Positions 19,802 to 29,959 of a stretch of DNA of 62,181 nt are shown here, piece by piece. The notes beneath the pieces are model-generated. The model was not told where the DNA came from. It searched no databases and was given only the letters and a program-made list of their open reading frames with translations. The stretch's first letter is position 1. Every line of letters starts with the position of its first letter. A program made the translations under genes and the position numbers. This DNA is from Oscillospiraceae bacterium (GTDB lineage Bacteria; Bacillota; Clostridia; Oscillospirales; Ruminococcaceae): positions 15,740-77,920 of the forward strand of contig JBJERB010000025.1 of NCBI GenBank assembly GCA_051882055.1, written 5' to 3'.

Positions 19802-22207
19802 ATGGATTTATCAATGAAATGGCTTGCAGACTATGTTGACTGCGGCTGTGATATAAAAGAATTTTGTTCGGCTATGACATTGTCAGGCTCAAAAGTTGAA
19901 AGCTATGAGCAGGAAGGCGAATTCCTTTCAAATGTGGTTGTGGGAAAAATACTGTCTGTTGTTCCGCATCCGGATTCTGACCATATGGTTATAACACAGG
20001 TAGATGTGGGAGATGAAGAACCGGTTCAGATAGTAACCGGTGCTCAGAATGTAAATGAAGGAGATTTTGTACCTGTTGCTAAACACAAATCAACTGTGCT
20101 TCATGACGGAAAACAGGTTAAAATCACTAAAGGAAAGCTCAGAGGCGTTGTGTCTAACGGTATGCTCTGCTCTCTCGGAGAACTGGGATTGACTAAAAAT
20201 GACTTTCCGTATGCAATCGAAGACGGTATCTTTATTCTTGGAGATGACTGCGATAAAAACGTGGGTATGGATTTGAAAAAAGCTATCGGTTTTGATGATA
20301 CAAAAGTAGAATTTGAGATCACTTCAAACAGACCCGACTGTATGTCCGTTATCGGATTGGCTCGTGAAGCCTCAGCAACATTTAATGTTCCGCTTAATGT
20401 AAAAACGCCTGAATATAAAGGCATTGACGAAAATATAAATGACATCCTTTCCGTAAAGGTGGAAAATACAAAGCTTTGCCCAAGATATATGGCAGGCATA
20501 GTTAAAAATGTAAGGACAAAGCCCTCGCCCCGTTGGTTGAGAGAAAGACTTCGTGCCTGCGGAGTACGTCCTATCAATAACTTTGTTGACATTACAAACT
20601 TTGTAATGCTTGAATACGGTCATCCAATGCACGCTTTTGACCTTCGCTATGTTGACGGTAAATCTATAGTTGTAAGAAATGCTGAGGCAGGTGAAAAAAT
20701 TACTACTCTTGACGGTGTTGAACGTGAACTCTCAGAAGAAATGCTGGTAATTGCAGATGCTAATAAGCCTGTAGCAGTTGCAGGGGTAATGGGCGGAGAA
20801 TACAGCGGTATCATGGAAGATACAACTACTGTTGTGTTTGAATCAGCATGTTTTGACGGGGCTTCTGTACGTACAACCGCTAAAAAGCTGGGGATGAGAA
20901 CCGAGGCTTCATCTAGATATGAAAAAGGACTTAACCCAAACAATGCTTATGAAGCTCTTATGAGAGCTTTTCAGCTGGTTGAGGAGCTTGACGCTGGCGA
21001 TGTTGTCAGAACTTTTATCGACTGCGATAATTGTGATAAAGAACATAAATCAGTTGAATTTGATTCACAGTGGATAAATAACTTCCTCGGTACGAATATC
21101 CCTGAAAAAGACATGGTAAAGTATCTTACACGTCTTGGATTTGAAGTTAAAAGCGGCAAAGTTATTGCTCCGTATTACAGAATTGATATTGAATGCAAAG
21201 CGGATATTGCCGAAGAGGTTGCCCGTATTTACGGATATGACAAGATTCCAAGTACTCTGGTTTCGGGAGTAGCCGAAGCTAAAAGAACGCCTAAGCAAAA
21301 GTTTGAACGCTCGGTAGTTTCGGCAATGCTTTCAATGGGAGTAAATCAGATTTCCACTTTCTCATTTGTTTCACCTAAATATTTTGATAAGATCAATCTT
21401 CCGAAAGACTCAAAGCTGAGAAATCCCGTAGTTATTACAAATCCTCTCGGCGAAGATACAAGCGTTATGAGAACTACTATTCTTCCGTCTGTATGTGAAG
21501 TGCTTTCAAGAAATTACAACTATCGAAATGCAGAATGTGCCGTTTTTGAGCTTGCCAATGAGTATATTCCCGTAGAAGGCGAAGTTCTCCCTATTGAGCC
21601 TCACCGCCTCGGAATCGGAATGTATGGAAACGATGTTGATTTTTACAGCTTAAAAGGTATAGTTGAAGGACTTATGGATAAAATCGGAGCTGTAAACGTA
21701 GAATTTGAACGTCCTGACAGTAACACAATTTTTGATGAATATACTGCCTTCCACCCCGGCAGAGTGGCTGTTGTAAAAGTTGACGGCGAAGAAATGGGTA
21801 TTTTCGGCGAGCTTCATCCTGATGTTTTGGAAAACTATTCTGTGGGTGTAAGAGCTTATGCAGGAAAAATCAATATCAGCGAACTCATGGATAAATGTGA
21901 ACCCCAGAAGACTTATAAACCTCTTCCGAAATTCCCTGCTACAACCCGTGACCTCTCACTTATCTGTGATGATGAAATACCGGTTGCAAAAATTGAAAAG
22001 ACAATCAAGAAAGCAGTTGGAAATATCCTTGAAAAAATTTCTCTCTTTGACGTTTATAAGGGAAAACAAATTGAAGAGGGTAAAAAGTCGGTTTCATATT
22101 CAATTTCCATGAGATCCCATGACGGTACTCTTACCGACGAACAGGCTGATAAAGCAATGGAAAAAGCACTTAAAGCCCTTAAAGAAATCAATGTTTCATT
22201 AAGATAA
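19802..22207 (+). CDS. pheT: Phenylalanine--tRNA ligase beta subunit
   Basis: ITSNRPD, VDITNFVMLEYG, EEVARIYGY, PKFPATTRD. Confidence 0.97.
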   Translation: MDLSMKWLADYVDCGCDIKEFCSAMTLSGSKVESYEQEGEFLSNVVVGKILSVVPHPDSDHMVITQVDVGDEEPVQIVTGAQNVNEGDFVPVAKHKSTVLHDGKQVKITKGKLRGVVSNGMLCSLGELGLTKNDFPYAIEDGIFILGDDCDKNVGMDLKKAIGFDDTKVEFEITSNRPDCMSVIGLAREASATFNVPLNVKTPEYKGIDENINDILSVKVENTKLCPRYMAGIVKNVRTKPSPRWLRERLRACGVRPINNFVDITNFVMLEYGHPMHAFDLRYVDGKSIVVRNAEAGEKITTLDGVERELSEEMLVIADANKPVAVAGVMGGEYSGIMEDTTTVVFESACFDGASVRTTAKKLGMRTEASSRYEKGLNPNNAYEALMRAFQLVEELDAGDVVRTFIDCDNCDKEHKSVEFDSQWINNFLGTNIPEKDMVKYLTRLGFEVKSGKVIAPYYRIDIECKADIAEEVARIYGYDKIPSTLVSGVAEAKRTPKQKFERSVVSAMLSMGVNQISTFSFVSPKYFDKINLPKDSKLRNPVVITNPLGEDTSVMRTTILPSVCEVLSRNYNYRNAECAVFELANEYIPVEGEVLPIEPHRLGIGMYGNDVDFYSLKGIVEGLMDKIGAVNVEFERPDSNTIFDEYTAFHPGRVAVVKVDGEEMGIFGELHPDVLENYSVGVRAYAGKINISELMDKCEPQKTYKPLPKFPATTRDLSLICDDEIPVAKIEKTIKKAVGNILEKISLFDVYKGKQIEEGKKSVSYSISMRSHDGTLTDEQADKAMEKALKALKEINVSLR

Positions 22208-22338
22208 TATCTTTTCCATATTTGGTTTGTGTAAATTAAATGAAATTTATAAAAAGGGCTTGTTATTTTTAATAAAATGGGTTATAATATAATTAATTAA
22301 GAATTTAGTTGTAACTTTTTTATAAGGGAGTTGAGCTT

Positions 22339-22584
22339 ATGCACGAACAGACTATGGAATTTTCAGTAGCACGAGATAAAGACAGTGAGCTGAAAAGGAA
22401 TCTTACAAAAATTTATGACGCTTTGAAAGAAAAAGGCTACAATCCTATTAATCAGATTGTCGGATATATCCTTTCAGAAGATCCGACTTACATAACAACA
22501 TACAATAATGCACGAAGCTTGATTCGTCACATTGACAGAGATGAGCTGTTACAGGAGCTTGTTAAGTCTTATCTTCAGGCATAA
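22339..22584 (+). CDS. IreB/ReoM family (DUF965) regulatory phosphoprotein
   Basis: [26 protein letters not shown]. Confidence 0.92.
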   Translation: MHEQTMEFSVARDKDSELKRNLTKIYDALKEKGYNPINQIVGYILSEDPTYITTYNNARSLIRHIDRDELLQELVKSYLQA

Positions 22585-22680
22585 TTTTAATTTGAGCAGA
22601 AAGTGACTATTCGCTTTCTGCCTTTTTATTCTGTATTTGTATATATGAAATTTAATGGCTTTTTATTTGAAAGGATTTTT

Positions 22681-23673
22681 ATGTGTAAAAAGATATTTTC
22701 TCTTTTGTCTGCTCTTGTTCTGATATTTACATTGAATATTACAGCCTTTGCTCAAAAGGAGTATAAAGAAATTCAAGTTGACGTTCCTCCAAAAATTGTA
22801 TTTCTCGGAGATTCGATAGCAACCGGTTACGGTCTTGAAGGATACGAAAACGGCAAATCAAATTGTAATTCATATGCTAATCAGCTCTCGCAAGAGTATA
22901 AATCTGAACTCAACGGCAAATGCATTACCCAATCGGAAAATTATGCTATTGACGGTCAGACATCTTCCGAATTACTTGAAAAGCTAAACAAAGGTGTTTA
23001 TGACAATTCATTGAAAAACTGCGACGCAGTGGTAATTTCCATCGGCGGCAATGATTTGTTAAGCATTTTGTGGGGATTATTTTCAAAATACACCTCTGTT
23101 GATTCTTTGGAAGATGAAAATAACTTTAATCTTTCTGAAATTGTGAAAACGATTACTAATATGAGTTCGGAACTTGATAATAATCTGAAAGCATTTGATA
23201 ATAATATTTCAAAAATTGCATCTTGTATCAACAAAAAATCCAATGCGGTTTTGATTATTCAGACCCTGTATAATCCGTTTAATCAATTTACGGAAATTAC
23301 ACAGCTAAAAGATTTTGCTGAACAAAAAATCTCTGCTCTTAACGATATAATACTAACCCACAAAGACGATGCCGATTCTGAATATTTAATTGCAGATGTA
23401 TATTCTGATTTTGTTAATAAAGGATCTGAACTTACGAGAATAAACAGCATGGATATTCATCCAAACCAGCAAGGGCATAACGTCATTGCACAGCGTGTTG
23501 ATAAAACTATACGTCTTGAAAATTATTCTTATCTTGAAGAAATAGAAACACAATCGGCTCAGGCCAGCCCTAAAAGCTCCGATAATGCTGTAATTTTAAT
23601 TTCTTTGGGAATTGTCGCTGTGCTTGTTTCCATAGCTGTTGTAATAGTATATAAATTTAAACGTTCAAAATGA
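22681..23673 (+). CDS. Secreted/anchored SGNH/GDSL hydrolase
   Basis: Signal peptide, FLGDSIATG, IGGND, DIHPN, C-terminal TM plus basic tail. Confidence 0.88.
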   Translation: MCKKIFSLLSALVLIFTLNITAFAQKEYKEIQVDVPPKIVFLGDSIATGYGLEGYENGKSNCNSYANQLSQEYKSELNGKCITQSENYAIDGQTSSELLEKLNKGVYDNSLKNCDAVVISIGGNDLLSILWGLFSKYTSVDSLEDENNFNLSEIVKTITNMSSELDNNLKAFDNNISKIASCINKKSNAVLIIQTLYNPFNQFTEITQLKDFAEQKISALNDIILTHKDDADSEYLIADVYSDFVNKGSELTRINSMDIHPNQQGHNVIAQRVDKTIRLENYSYLEEIETQSAQASPKSSDNAVILISLGIVAVLVSIAVVIVYKFKRSK

Positions 23674-23686
23674 AAGGACAAATATA

Positions 23687-24676
23687 ATGAGGACATTTAT
23701 GGTGGATTTTGAGAATGTGAACTCAAAAGGACTTACAGGTATCGAAAAGCTGAATCAGGAGGACAGAGTAATAATACTCTACAGTGAAAACTCGGATACT
23801 ATCAGCTTCGAAATGCATAAAAAAGTTTTGGAATCAAGAGCTGATATTCGATATTTCAAAGTAAAGGTCGGCGGTAAAAACGCACTTGATTTTCAACTGG
23901 CTACACTATTGGGATATTTGGTTTCAAAAGGAGATAGTACTCATATTTTCATTGTCAGCAATGATAAAGGCTTCGACAGACTTCATGATTTCTGGAACGG
24001 CAATGATTTTATTTCAGAAAAATGTATAGTTTATCGGATTCCCAACATATCCAAAGCTCATACAACTAAAAATGACAGTTCAATTTATATAGAAAATGAC
24101 CGTGAGAATAATGAAGATTCTAATTGCAGAAAAGACGATTCAGTAATTAATAATAATGTAGAAATAAAAAAGACTTCCGCCAAAGGTATAAGAAAGCCAA
24201 GAAAGAACCTGTCAGAGCTTTTATCAGAGCTTTTGAAAGATATCTGTAATGACGAAGATATAGATAAAATAAAAGAGTGTCTTCTTCACGCTTTGTCAAA
24301 GGAAGATTTTCATAACTCAATGGCAAAAATCTTTAAACAGCAAGCTACAGATTTTTATAAGTTATTGCGTCCTAAATATATTCGTTTGAAAAACTTATCT
24401 GATAAAGAAAATGGAATATCATCACAAATGGCAGAGGGAAAAGAAAAAAGCGAAAAAATCAATCAACTCTCCGCTGAACTAAACAGAATTTTATCTGATA
24501 CTTGTTCAAATGAAGATATAAATAATATAAAAAAATGTATATGCTCCACTCAGACAAAACAGGCTCTCTATTTGTCAATGTTAAAAATCTATAAAAGAGA
24601 ACGTGGCTGTGAAATATATAAACTATTAAAACCCGAGTATGACAAACTCGTGACACTGAAGGAGGAAAACGCATGA
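23687..24676 (+). CDS. PIN/NYN-like domain protein with duplicated C-terminal domain
   Basis: VDFENV, KNALDFQL, IVSNDKGF. Confidence 0.8.
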   Translation: MRTFMVDFENVNSKGLTGIEKLNQEDRVIILYSENSDTISFEMHKKVLESRADIRYFKVKVGGKNALDFQLATLLGYLVSKGDSTHIFIVSNDKGFDRLHDFWNGNDFISEKCIVYRIPNISKAHTTKNDSSIYIENDRENNEDSNCRKDDSVINNNVEIKKTSAKGIRKPRKNLSELLSELLKDICNDEDIDKIKECLLHALSKEDFHNSMAKIFKQQATDFYKLLRPKYIRLKNLSDKENGISSQMAEGKEKSEKINQLSAELNRILSDTCSNEDINNIKKCICSTQTKQALYLSMLKIYKRERGCEIYKLLKPEYDKLVTLKEENA

Positions 24677-25188
24677 AATTAATGATTGCCTCAGATATAC
24701 ACGGCTCGGAATATTATTGTAAAAAAATGATAGAAGCTTACGAAATTCATAAACCGGACAAGCTACTCCTTCTGGGCGATTTGCTTTATCACGGGCCGAG
24801 AAATGCTTTGCCGGATGGATATAATCCAAAAGGCGTAATCTCTTTATTAAATTCACTTAAAGAAAAAATCATATGCGTCAGAGGCAACTGCGACAGCGAG
24901 GTTGACCAAATGGTGCTTGACTTCCCTATAATGGCTGAATATGCCTTGCTTTATATTGATGGAAAAGCAATTTTTGCAACTCATGGCCATCTCTATAATA
25001 ACAATAATCTTCCGTCACTTAATCATGGGGATATTCTGCTTAACGGTCATACCCACATACCGATGATTGAAGATAAGGAAAGCTATACATACATTAATCC
25101 GGGTTCTGTATCTATTCCGAAAAACGGTTCGGAGCATAGCTATCTGATAATGGAAAACGGAGAATTCACATTTTGCTCATTAAAATAA
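24673..25188 (+). CDS. Metallophosphoesterase, YfcE family
   Basis: SDIHG, GDLLYHGPRN, VRGNCD, GHTH, NPGS. Confidence 0.9.
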   Translation: MKLMIASDIHGSEYYCKKMIEAYEIHKPDKLLLLGDLLYHGPRNALPDGYNPKGVISLLNSLKEKIICVRGNCDSEVDQMVLDFPIMAEYALLYIDGKAIFATHGHLYNNNNLPSLNHGDILLNGHTHIPMIEDKESYTYINPGSVSIPKNGSEHSYLIMENGEFTFCSLK

Positions 25189-25244
25189 GCCGAATCATAT
25201 GACACGGCTTTTTGATGCTGTATCCGATTTACGGATACAGTTTT

Positions 25245-26372
25245 TTATTCTATTGAAGCGGTAATTCCGTTTACTGATATGTCCGGATCGTCAAGGTCGA
25301 TTATCAGGCATTTCTTTCCGTCAATTATCTGAGTTCTGACCTTGTCAACAGCATCTTTTTTTATGTTTACTGTTATGCTGGGAACAGACAGCACTGTCTT
25401 TTTATCCACAAGATTTACAGCTGTCAAGGGCTTATCTCCCATAGCGGTTTCGTACACCTTGGGTAAATGCTCTAACTTTTCCTGACTTACACCAGATTCC
25501 CATAAAATAGACGACAACCGATTCTTGTCAATAGTAGGTATTTCTGTTTCATGACTGTTTTGATCAACTATTTCCTGTATCTTTTCATTTACGGTAGTTA
25601 TCATTGAATAGTCCAGCTCGTCAGCCACAACATTATTCAGTATTGCATGGAAAGTTGCTTTTTCTGACTGACATGACATTACAAATTCACAGCCTAACAA
25701 GTTATCCACAATCGATGTATTAGGCTTCTTAGCATTTTTGGTATAATACATTACCCCATTAACATCAGGAGTTCTGTCATTGAAAACAGGAAACAGAAAT
25801 CCGTCAGAAGGCAATTCCACAATTCTATCACTGTCTGCTTTTTTAGCTATTTCATTTGTTTCCTCATTATAAACAAGACCGTCAATTCGCAAATTTACCG
25901 GACATATAGCCGTGATTATAAAATTATAATCCAGATCAGCGTCTTCACCAAAATCGTCATTTTTGTTCTTTTTTAATACACTGTATGTACAATAAGCAGA
26001 AAATATTGAATATGTGGAAACATATTCCGTTTTTTCAACGATTTCATTTAAAAACTTGTCGGAAATATCATCATCCGTAAACTTGCTTTTTAAAACTTCA
26101 TATAAGAAAGACTGGCTTCCGCCGTCACTGTATGACTCCTTTGGGAAGCTATATTCCAAAAGGTTTTTACCGATTTGTCCGCTCAGCACCTTTTTCAGAA
26201 TAATCATAATTAGTTCAGCTTCTTCAGCAGGTAATGTATTATAAAGCCTGTTGGACTTGTATTTAATATTTTTTTCAGAGTCAACAAAAGCAGATATAAC
26301 ATGACCAACCGTAAAAAATCCACAGTCATCTGAAAAATTCTTTTTAATTTCAGCAATTTCTTTTTTGTTCAT
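25245..26372 (-). CDS. DUF4317 family protein
   Basis: MNKKEIAEIKK start, GFLFPVFNDR motif. Confidence 0.75.
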   Translation of the reverse strand: MNKKEIAEIKKNFSDDCGFFTVGHVISAFVDSEKNIKYKSNRLYNTLPAEEAELIMIILKKVLSGQIGKNLLEYSFPKESYSDGGSQSFLYEVLKSKFTDDDISDKFLNEIVEKTEYVSTYSIFSAYCTYSVLKKNKNDDFGEDADLDYNFIITAICPVNLRIDGLVYNEETNEIAKKADSDRIVELPSDGFLFPVFNDRTPDVNGVMYYTKNAKKPNTSIVDNLLGCEFVMSCQSEKATFHAILNNVVADELDYSMITTVNEKIQEIVDQNSHETEIPTIDKNRLSSILWESGVSQEKLEHLPKVYETAMGDKPLTAVNLVDKKTVLSVPSITVNIKKDAVDKVRTQIIDGKKCLIIDLDDPDISVNGITASIE

Positions 26373-26497
26373 TACTAATCTCTCCTGTAATTTTGTACGA
26401 AAATAATTATACCATAACAAGCACCATATTTCAAGTACAAATAATTATCTGTACAAAAAAGCTCCCTGTTTTCAGGGAGCTTAATTATTCAATTCAG

Positions 26498-27895
26498 TTA
26501 AACAGGATGAACCTTATTTTCAGGATCTGAATGCTTTCCGTCAACTCCGTATAACTTATTTCTTCTCTGTTCAAAGAACTTAGGAGCTACTTTCGGGAAC
26601 ATTGCATAAGTGAGAACATCTTCTTCCTGCTCTGTCCACTCTGAACATTCCTTTTTCATTTGCTCAAGTTCAGGTTCAAGCAGATCGGCAGGACGACAAG
26701 TAATAGGCTCTTCCGAGCCAAGAATCTTTTTCTGGAATTCAGGGTCGATCTCAACAGGTGTTTTGCCGTATTCACCTTTTACGAGGCCCTTGAACTCTTT
26801 TGTCACGGTTTTGTATCTCTCTCCCATGATTACATTAAATACAGCCTGTGTTCCTACAATCTGTGAAGTAGGCGTTACAAGCGGAGGAAATCCTGAATCC
26901 TTACGAACTCTCGGAACTTCCTTCAAAACTTCCTCAAGCTGGTCAGCCTTTCCTGCCTGCTTAAGCTGTGACAGCAAGTTTGAAAGCATACCGCCCGGCA
27001 CCTGATAAAGCAATGCGTTTGTATTTGTTGCAAGCATTGAAGGATCAAGCAAACCACTGTCAATGTATTTTTTGCGAAGAGTCATAAAATAATCTCTGAT
27101 TTCATTCAGCTTGACAAGATCAAGTCCTGTATCGTACTCTGTGCCTTGGAATGTTGCTACTATTGATTCTGTAGGTGCATGAGAAGTACCCAGAGCCAGA
27201 GGGGATATTGCAGTATCAACGGCATCAACGCCCGCCTCTACAGCTTTCAGGATGCACATTGACGCAAGACCTGAAGTGTAATGAGTATGAAGCTGTACCG
27301 GAATTTTTACAACAGATTTAATGTCTTTTACAAGAGTAGAAGCCTCATAAGGAGTCAGCAATGCCGCCATATCCTTGATACAAATAGAGTCGGCACCTGC
27401 TTCTTCAATTCTCTTTGCATAATCCATATAATACTGGTGAGTGAAAACTTCACCGAGGGTATATGAAATTGCAACCTGAGCATGACCTTTTTCCTTGTTT
27501 GCAGCTTTAATTGCAGTTTCAAGGTTACGTATATCATTTAAAGCATCGAAAATTCTGATTATATCAATACCGTTAGCAATGGACTTCTGTACAAAATATT
27601 CAACCAGATCGTCTGCATAATGACGGTATCCAAGCATATTCTGTCCTCTGAAAAGCATCTGCAACTTAGTGTTGGGCATTTCTTTTCTAATGGTTCGCAG
27701 TCTTTCCCATGGATCTTCGTTTAAAAATCTTATACAAGAATCAAATGTTGCACCGCCCCAGACTTCAGCAGAATAGTATCCGATTTTATCCATCTGAGAA
27801 AGAATAGGACGCATTTCGTCAATGGACATTCTCGTTGCTATAAGCGACTGATGAGCGTCACGAAGAGCGGTTTCTGTAATTTTTAGCTTTGACAT
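26498..27895 (-). CDS. Pyruvate/oxaloacetate carboxyltransferase (OadA/PycB/transcarboxylase 5S type), no biotinyl domain
   Basis: LRDAHQSLIATRM, WGGATFD, IKDMA, HTH, PPLVTPTSQIVG. Confidence 0.9.
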   Translation of the reverse strand: MSKLKITETALRDAHQSLIATRMSIDEMRPILSQMDKIGYYSAEVWGGATFDSCIRFLNEDPWERLRTIRKEMPNTKLQMLFRGQNMLGYRHYADDLVEYFVQKSIANGIDIIRIFDALNDIRNLETAIKAANKEKGHAQVAISYTLGEVFTHQYYMDYAKRIEEAGADSICIKDMAALLTPYEASTLVKDIKSVVKIPVQLHTHYTSGLASMCILKAVEAGVDAVDTAISPLALGTSHAPTESIVATFQGTEYDTGLDLVKLNEIRDYFMTLRKKYIDSGLLDPSMLATNTNALLYQVPGGMLSNLLSQLKQAGKADQLEEVLKEVPRVRKDSGFPPLVTPTSQIVGTQAVFNVIMGERYKTVTKEFKGLVKGEYGKTPVEIDPEFQKKILGSEEPITCRPADLLEPELEQMKKECSEWTEQEEDVLTYAMFPKVAPKFFEQRRNKLYGVDGKHSDPENKVHPV

Positions 27896-27943
27896 TTATT
27901 TCATTCCTTTCAAAAGAACGTATGGATTAGACAATTATGTAGT

Positions 27944-28303
27944 TTATCCGATTACAGCAACCACTGTACCTGTTTCAACAGCAGAGCCTTTAGTAGTATT
28001 TATGCTGAGTACCTTTCCTGCACATGGAGCATTAACGTCGTTTTCCATTTTCATAGCTTCAAGAACCACAATAGCCTGACCTGCTTCGACAGTGTCGCCC
28101 ACTGCTACCTTAATATCAAGAATTGTTCCCGGCATAGGAGCGGTAACTTTGGTTCCGTCTGCAACAGGTGCAGCCGGTGCTGCGGCAGGAGCAGGAGCCG
28201 CTGTGGGTGCAGGAGATGCTGCAACAGGAGCAGAACCTCCGTCTACTTCTTCAACTGCTACATCATAAGCTTTTCCGTTTACTGTAATGTTATATCTTTT
28301 CAT
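27944..28303 (-). CDS. Biotin carboxyl carrier protein
   Basis: Ala/Pro linker, APMPG, EAMKM. Confidence 0.95.
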   Translation of the reverse strand: MKRYNITVNGKAYDVAVEEVDGGSAPVAASPAPTAAPAPAAAPAAPVADGTKVTAPMPGTILDIKVAVGDTVEAGQAIVVLEAMKMENDVNAPCAGKVLSINTTKGSAVETGTVVAVIG

Positions 28304-28332
28304 AATAAAACCACCTTATCTTAGAATTAATA

Positions 28333-29715
28333 TTACAACTGAATATTGCTGTGCTTCTTGGGAAGTCTTGAAATTCTCTTTCCTGCCATAATCTCAATAG
28401 CATTTATAAGTTCCTCACGAAGCTGTGCAGTTTCAACAACATTATCAATACAGCCGTTTGCAGCGGCAACAGCACTGTTTGCCTGCTCTTTAGCGTATTT
28501 ATCAGCAAGAGCTTTTCTTGCTTCGGCCAGATTTTCGGCACCCTTGAGCTGATCATGTTCAAGGAATTCAACAGCAGTAATAGGATCAAGAGCCGAAATA
28601 ACAGCGTTCGGGGTTGCAAATACCAAATCAGCGTTAGCACCCTTTCCTGCAAGTGCAATAAATGCAGGTCCGCAAGCCTTTCCTGTTACAACTGAAATTT
28701 TAATTGTAGTAGCCTCGGCATAAGCATGAGCAAGTTTAGTCATTTCTCGAACAGCTCCGGCAGCTTCGGTAGAATCATCAGCCTTGAAACCTTCCGTATC
28801 CACAAGTGTTATAACAGGGATTGCGTAAGCATCGCAAGTTCTGACAAAACGAGCAATCTTTGTGCAGTCATCAGCTGTCAACTTTCCGCTTGCTTTATTT
28901 GTAGCTACAATACCAACAGTTGCTCCGCCTATCGAACCTAATGCCGTATATGAAGAATCTCCATATTCAGCAGAAAGCTCTGTAACACTTTTTGCATCGC
29001 AAATCGCTTCCGTCTGTGAGCCTGCGTCAGCTCCGAATGATGTTTCCGGAATCTCAAACTCATACATAGGAACAGGTGAAAGATTGTTCTGGGGAAGTTT
29101 AAGCAATATATTTTTAGCTGATTCAACAGCATCCTTATCAGTATCTGTAATTATTGCAGCCGTACCGTTCTTAGCAGCATTTTCAGCCGAGTTTTCAATA
29201 TTGCCGTTAGGTGCAACATAAAGCTCAGAGTCCTTTGTTGCTATAACAAAATCAGCAGATTCAGCAAGCATTGCACTTGCACCGGCACAAGTTCCTGCAA
29301 TAACAGATATCTGCGGAACTACGCCTGAAAGGTTTGAAGCCCACATAAGAAGCTCGCCGTAAGCGTTGAGTGCCTTACATCCATTAGAAAGATCAGCACC
29401 GAAGGAATCATAAATTCCCACAACAGGTACTCCTGTTTTAGCGGCGAGGTCGTATACTTTAATAATCTTTTTAGCCTGAACTTCTGTCATGGCACCGCTT
29501 TTCACATTAAAATTCTGAGAAAAAGCATAAACAGGATTACCCTCAACATAACCAAAAGCAGTTATAACTCCTGCCAAATCGGAATCAGCCGAATAATAAG
29601 GGTCAAGCTCAGAGAATGTACCTTCATCAAACAAATATGTCAATCGGGTTCTTGCGGAAGACGGAGCTTCAGCTTTAGCTTTAAGCTCAGCAAGATTTGT
29701 GATAGAATCAGACAT
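28333..29715 (-). CDS. Acyl-CoA carboxyltransferase (12S/MmdA-like), divergent
   Basis: SGVVPQISVIAGTCAG, KIARFVRTCDAYAIPVITLVD, PKKHSNIQL. Confidence 0.85.
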   Translation of the reverse strand: MSDSITNLAELKAKAEAPSSARTRLTYLFDEGTFSELDPYYSADSDLAGVITAFGYVEGNPVYAFSQNFNVKSGAMTEVQAKKIIKVYDLAAKTGVPVVGIYDSFGADLSNGCKALNAYGELLMWASNLSGVVPQISVIAGTCAGASAMLAESADFVIATKDSELYVAPNGNIENSAENAAKNGTAAIITDTDKDAVESAKNILLKLPQNNLSPVPMYEFEIPETSFGADAGSQTEAICDAKSVTELSAEYGDSSYTALGSIGGATVGIVATNKASGKLTADDCTKIARFVRTCDAYAIPVITLVDTEGFKADDSTEAAGAVREMTKLAHAYAEATTIKISVVTGKACGPAFIALAGKGANADLVFATPNAVISALDPITAVEFLEHDQLKGAENLAEARKALADKYAKEQANSAVAAANGCIDNVVETAQLREELINAIEIMAGKRISRLPKKHSNIQL

Positions 29716-29959
29716 ATAGTTTCCTCCAATCAATTAAACTTGAATCGGCATGAAAACAACATGATATTTCATACCTATACAAATTAAATTATACTATTTT
29801 TCCGCCCTTATATCAAGTGAAACATTAAGTTTTTTACGTTTAATATAATGTTTGTTAATCTTTTGTACATACAAAAACAGAGAGCAGAAGTTCTGCTCTC
29901 TGTTAAACTTCAATTAATTATCCGCTCTGCACCGGAATAATAATACTGTATTTCAATAG

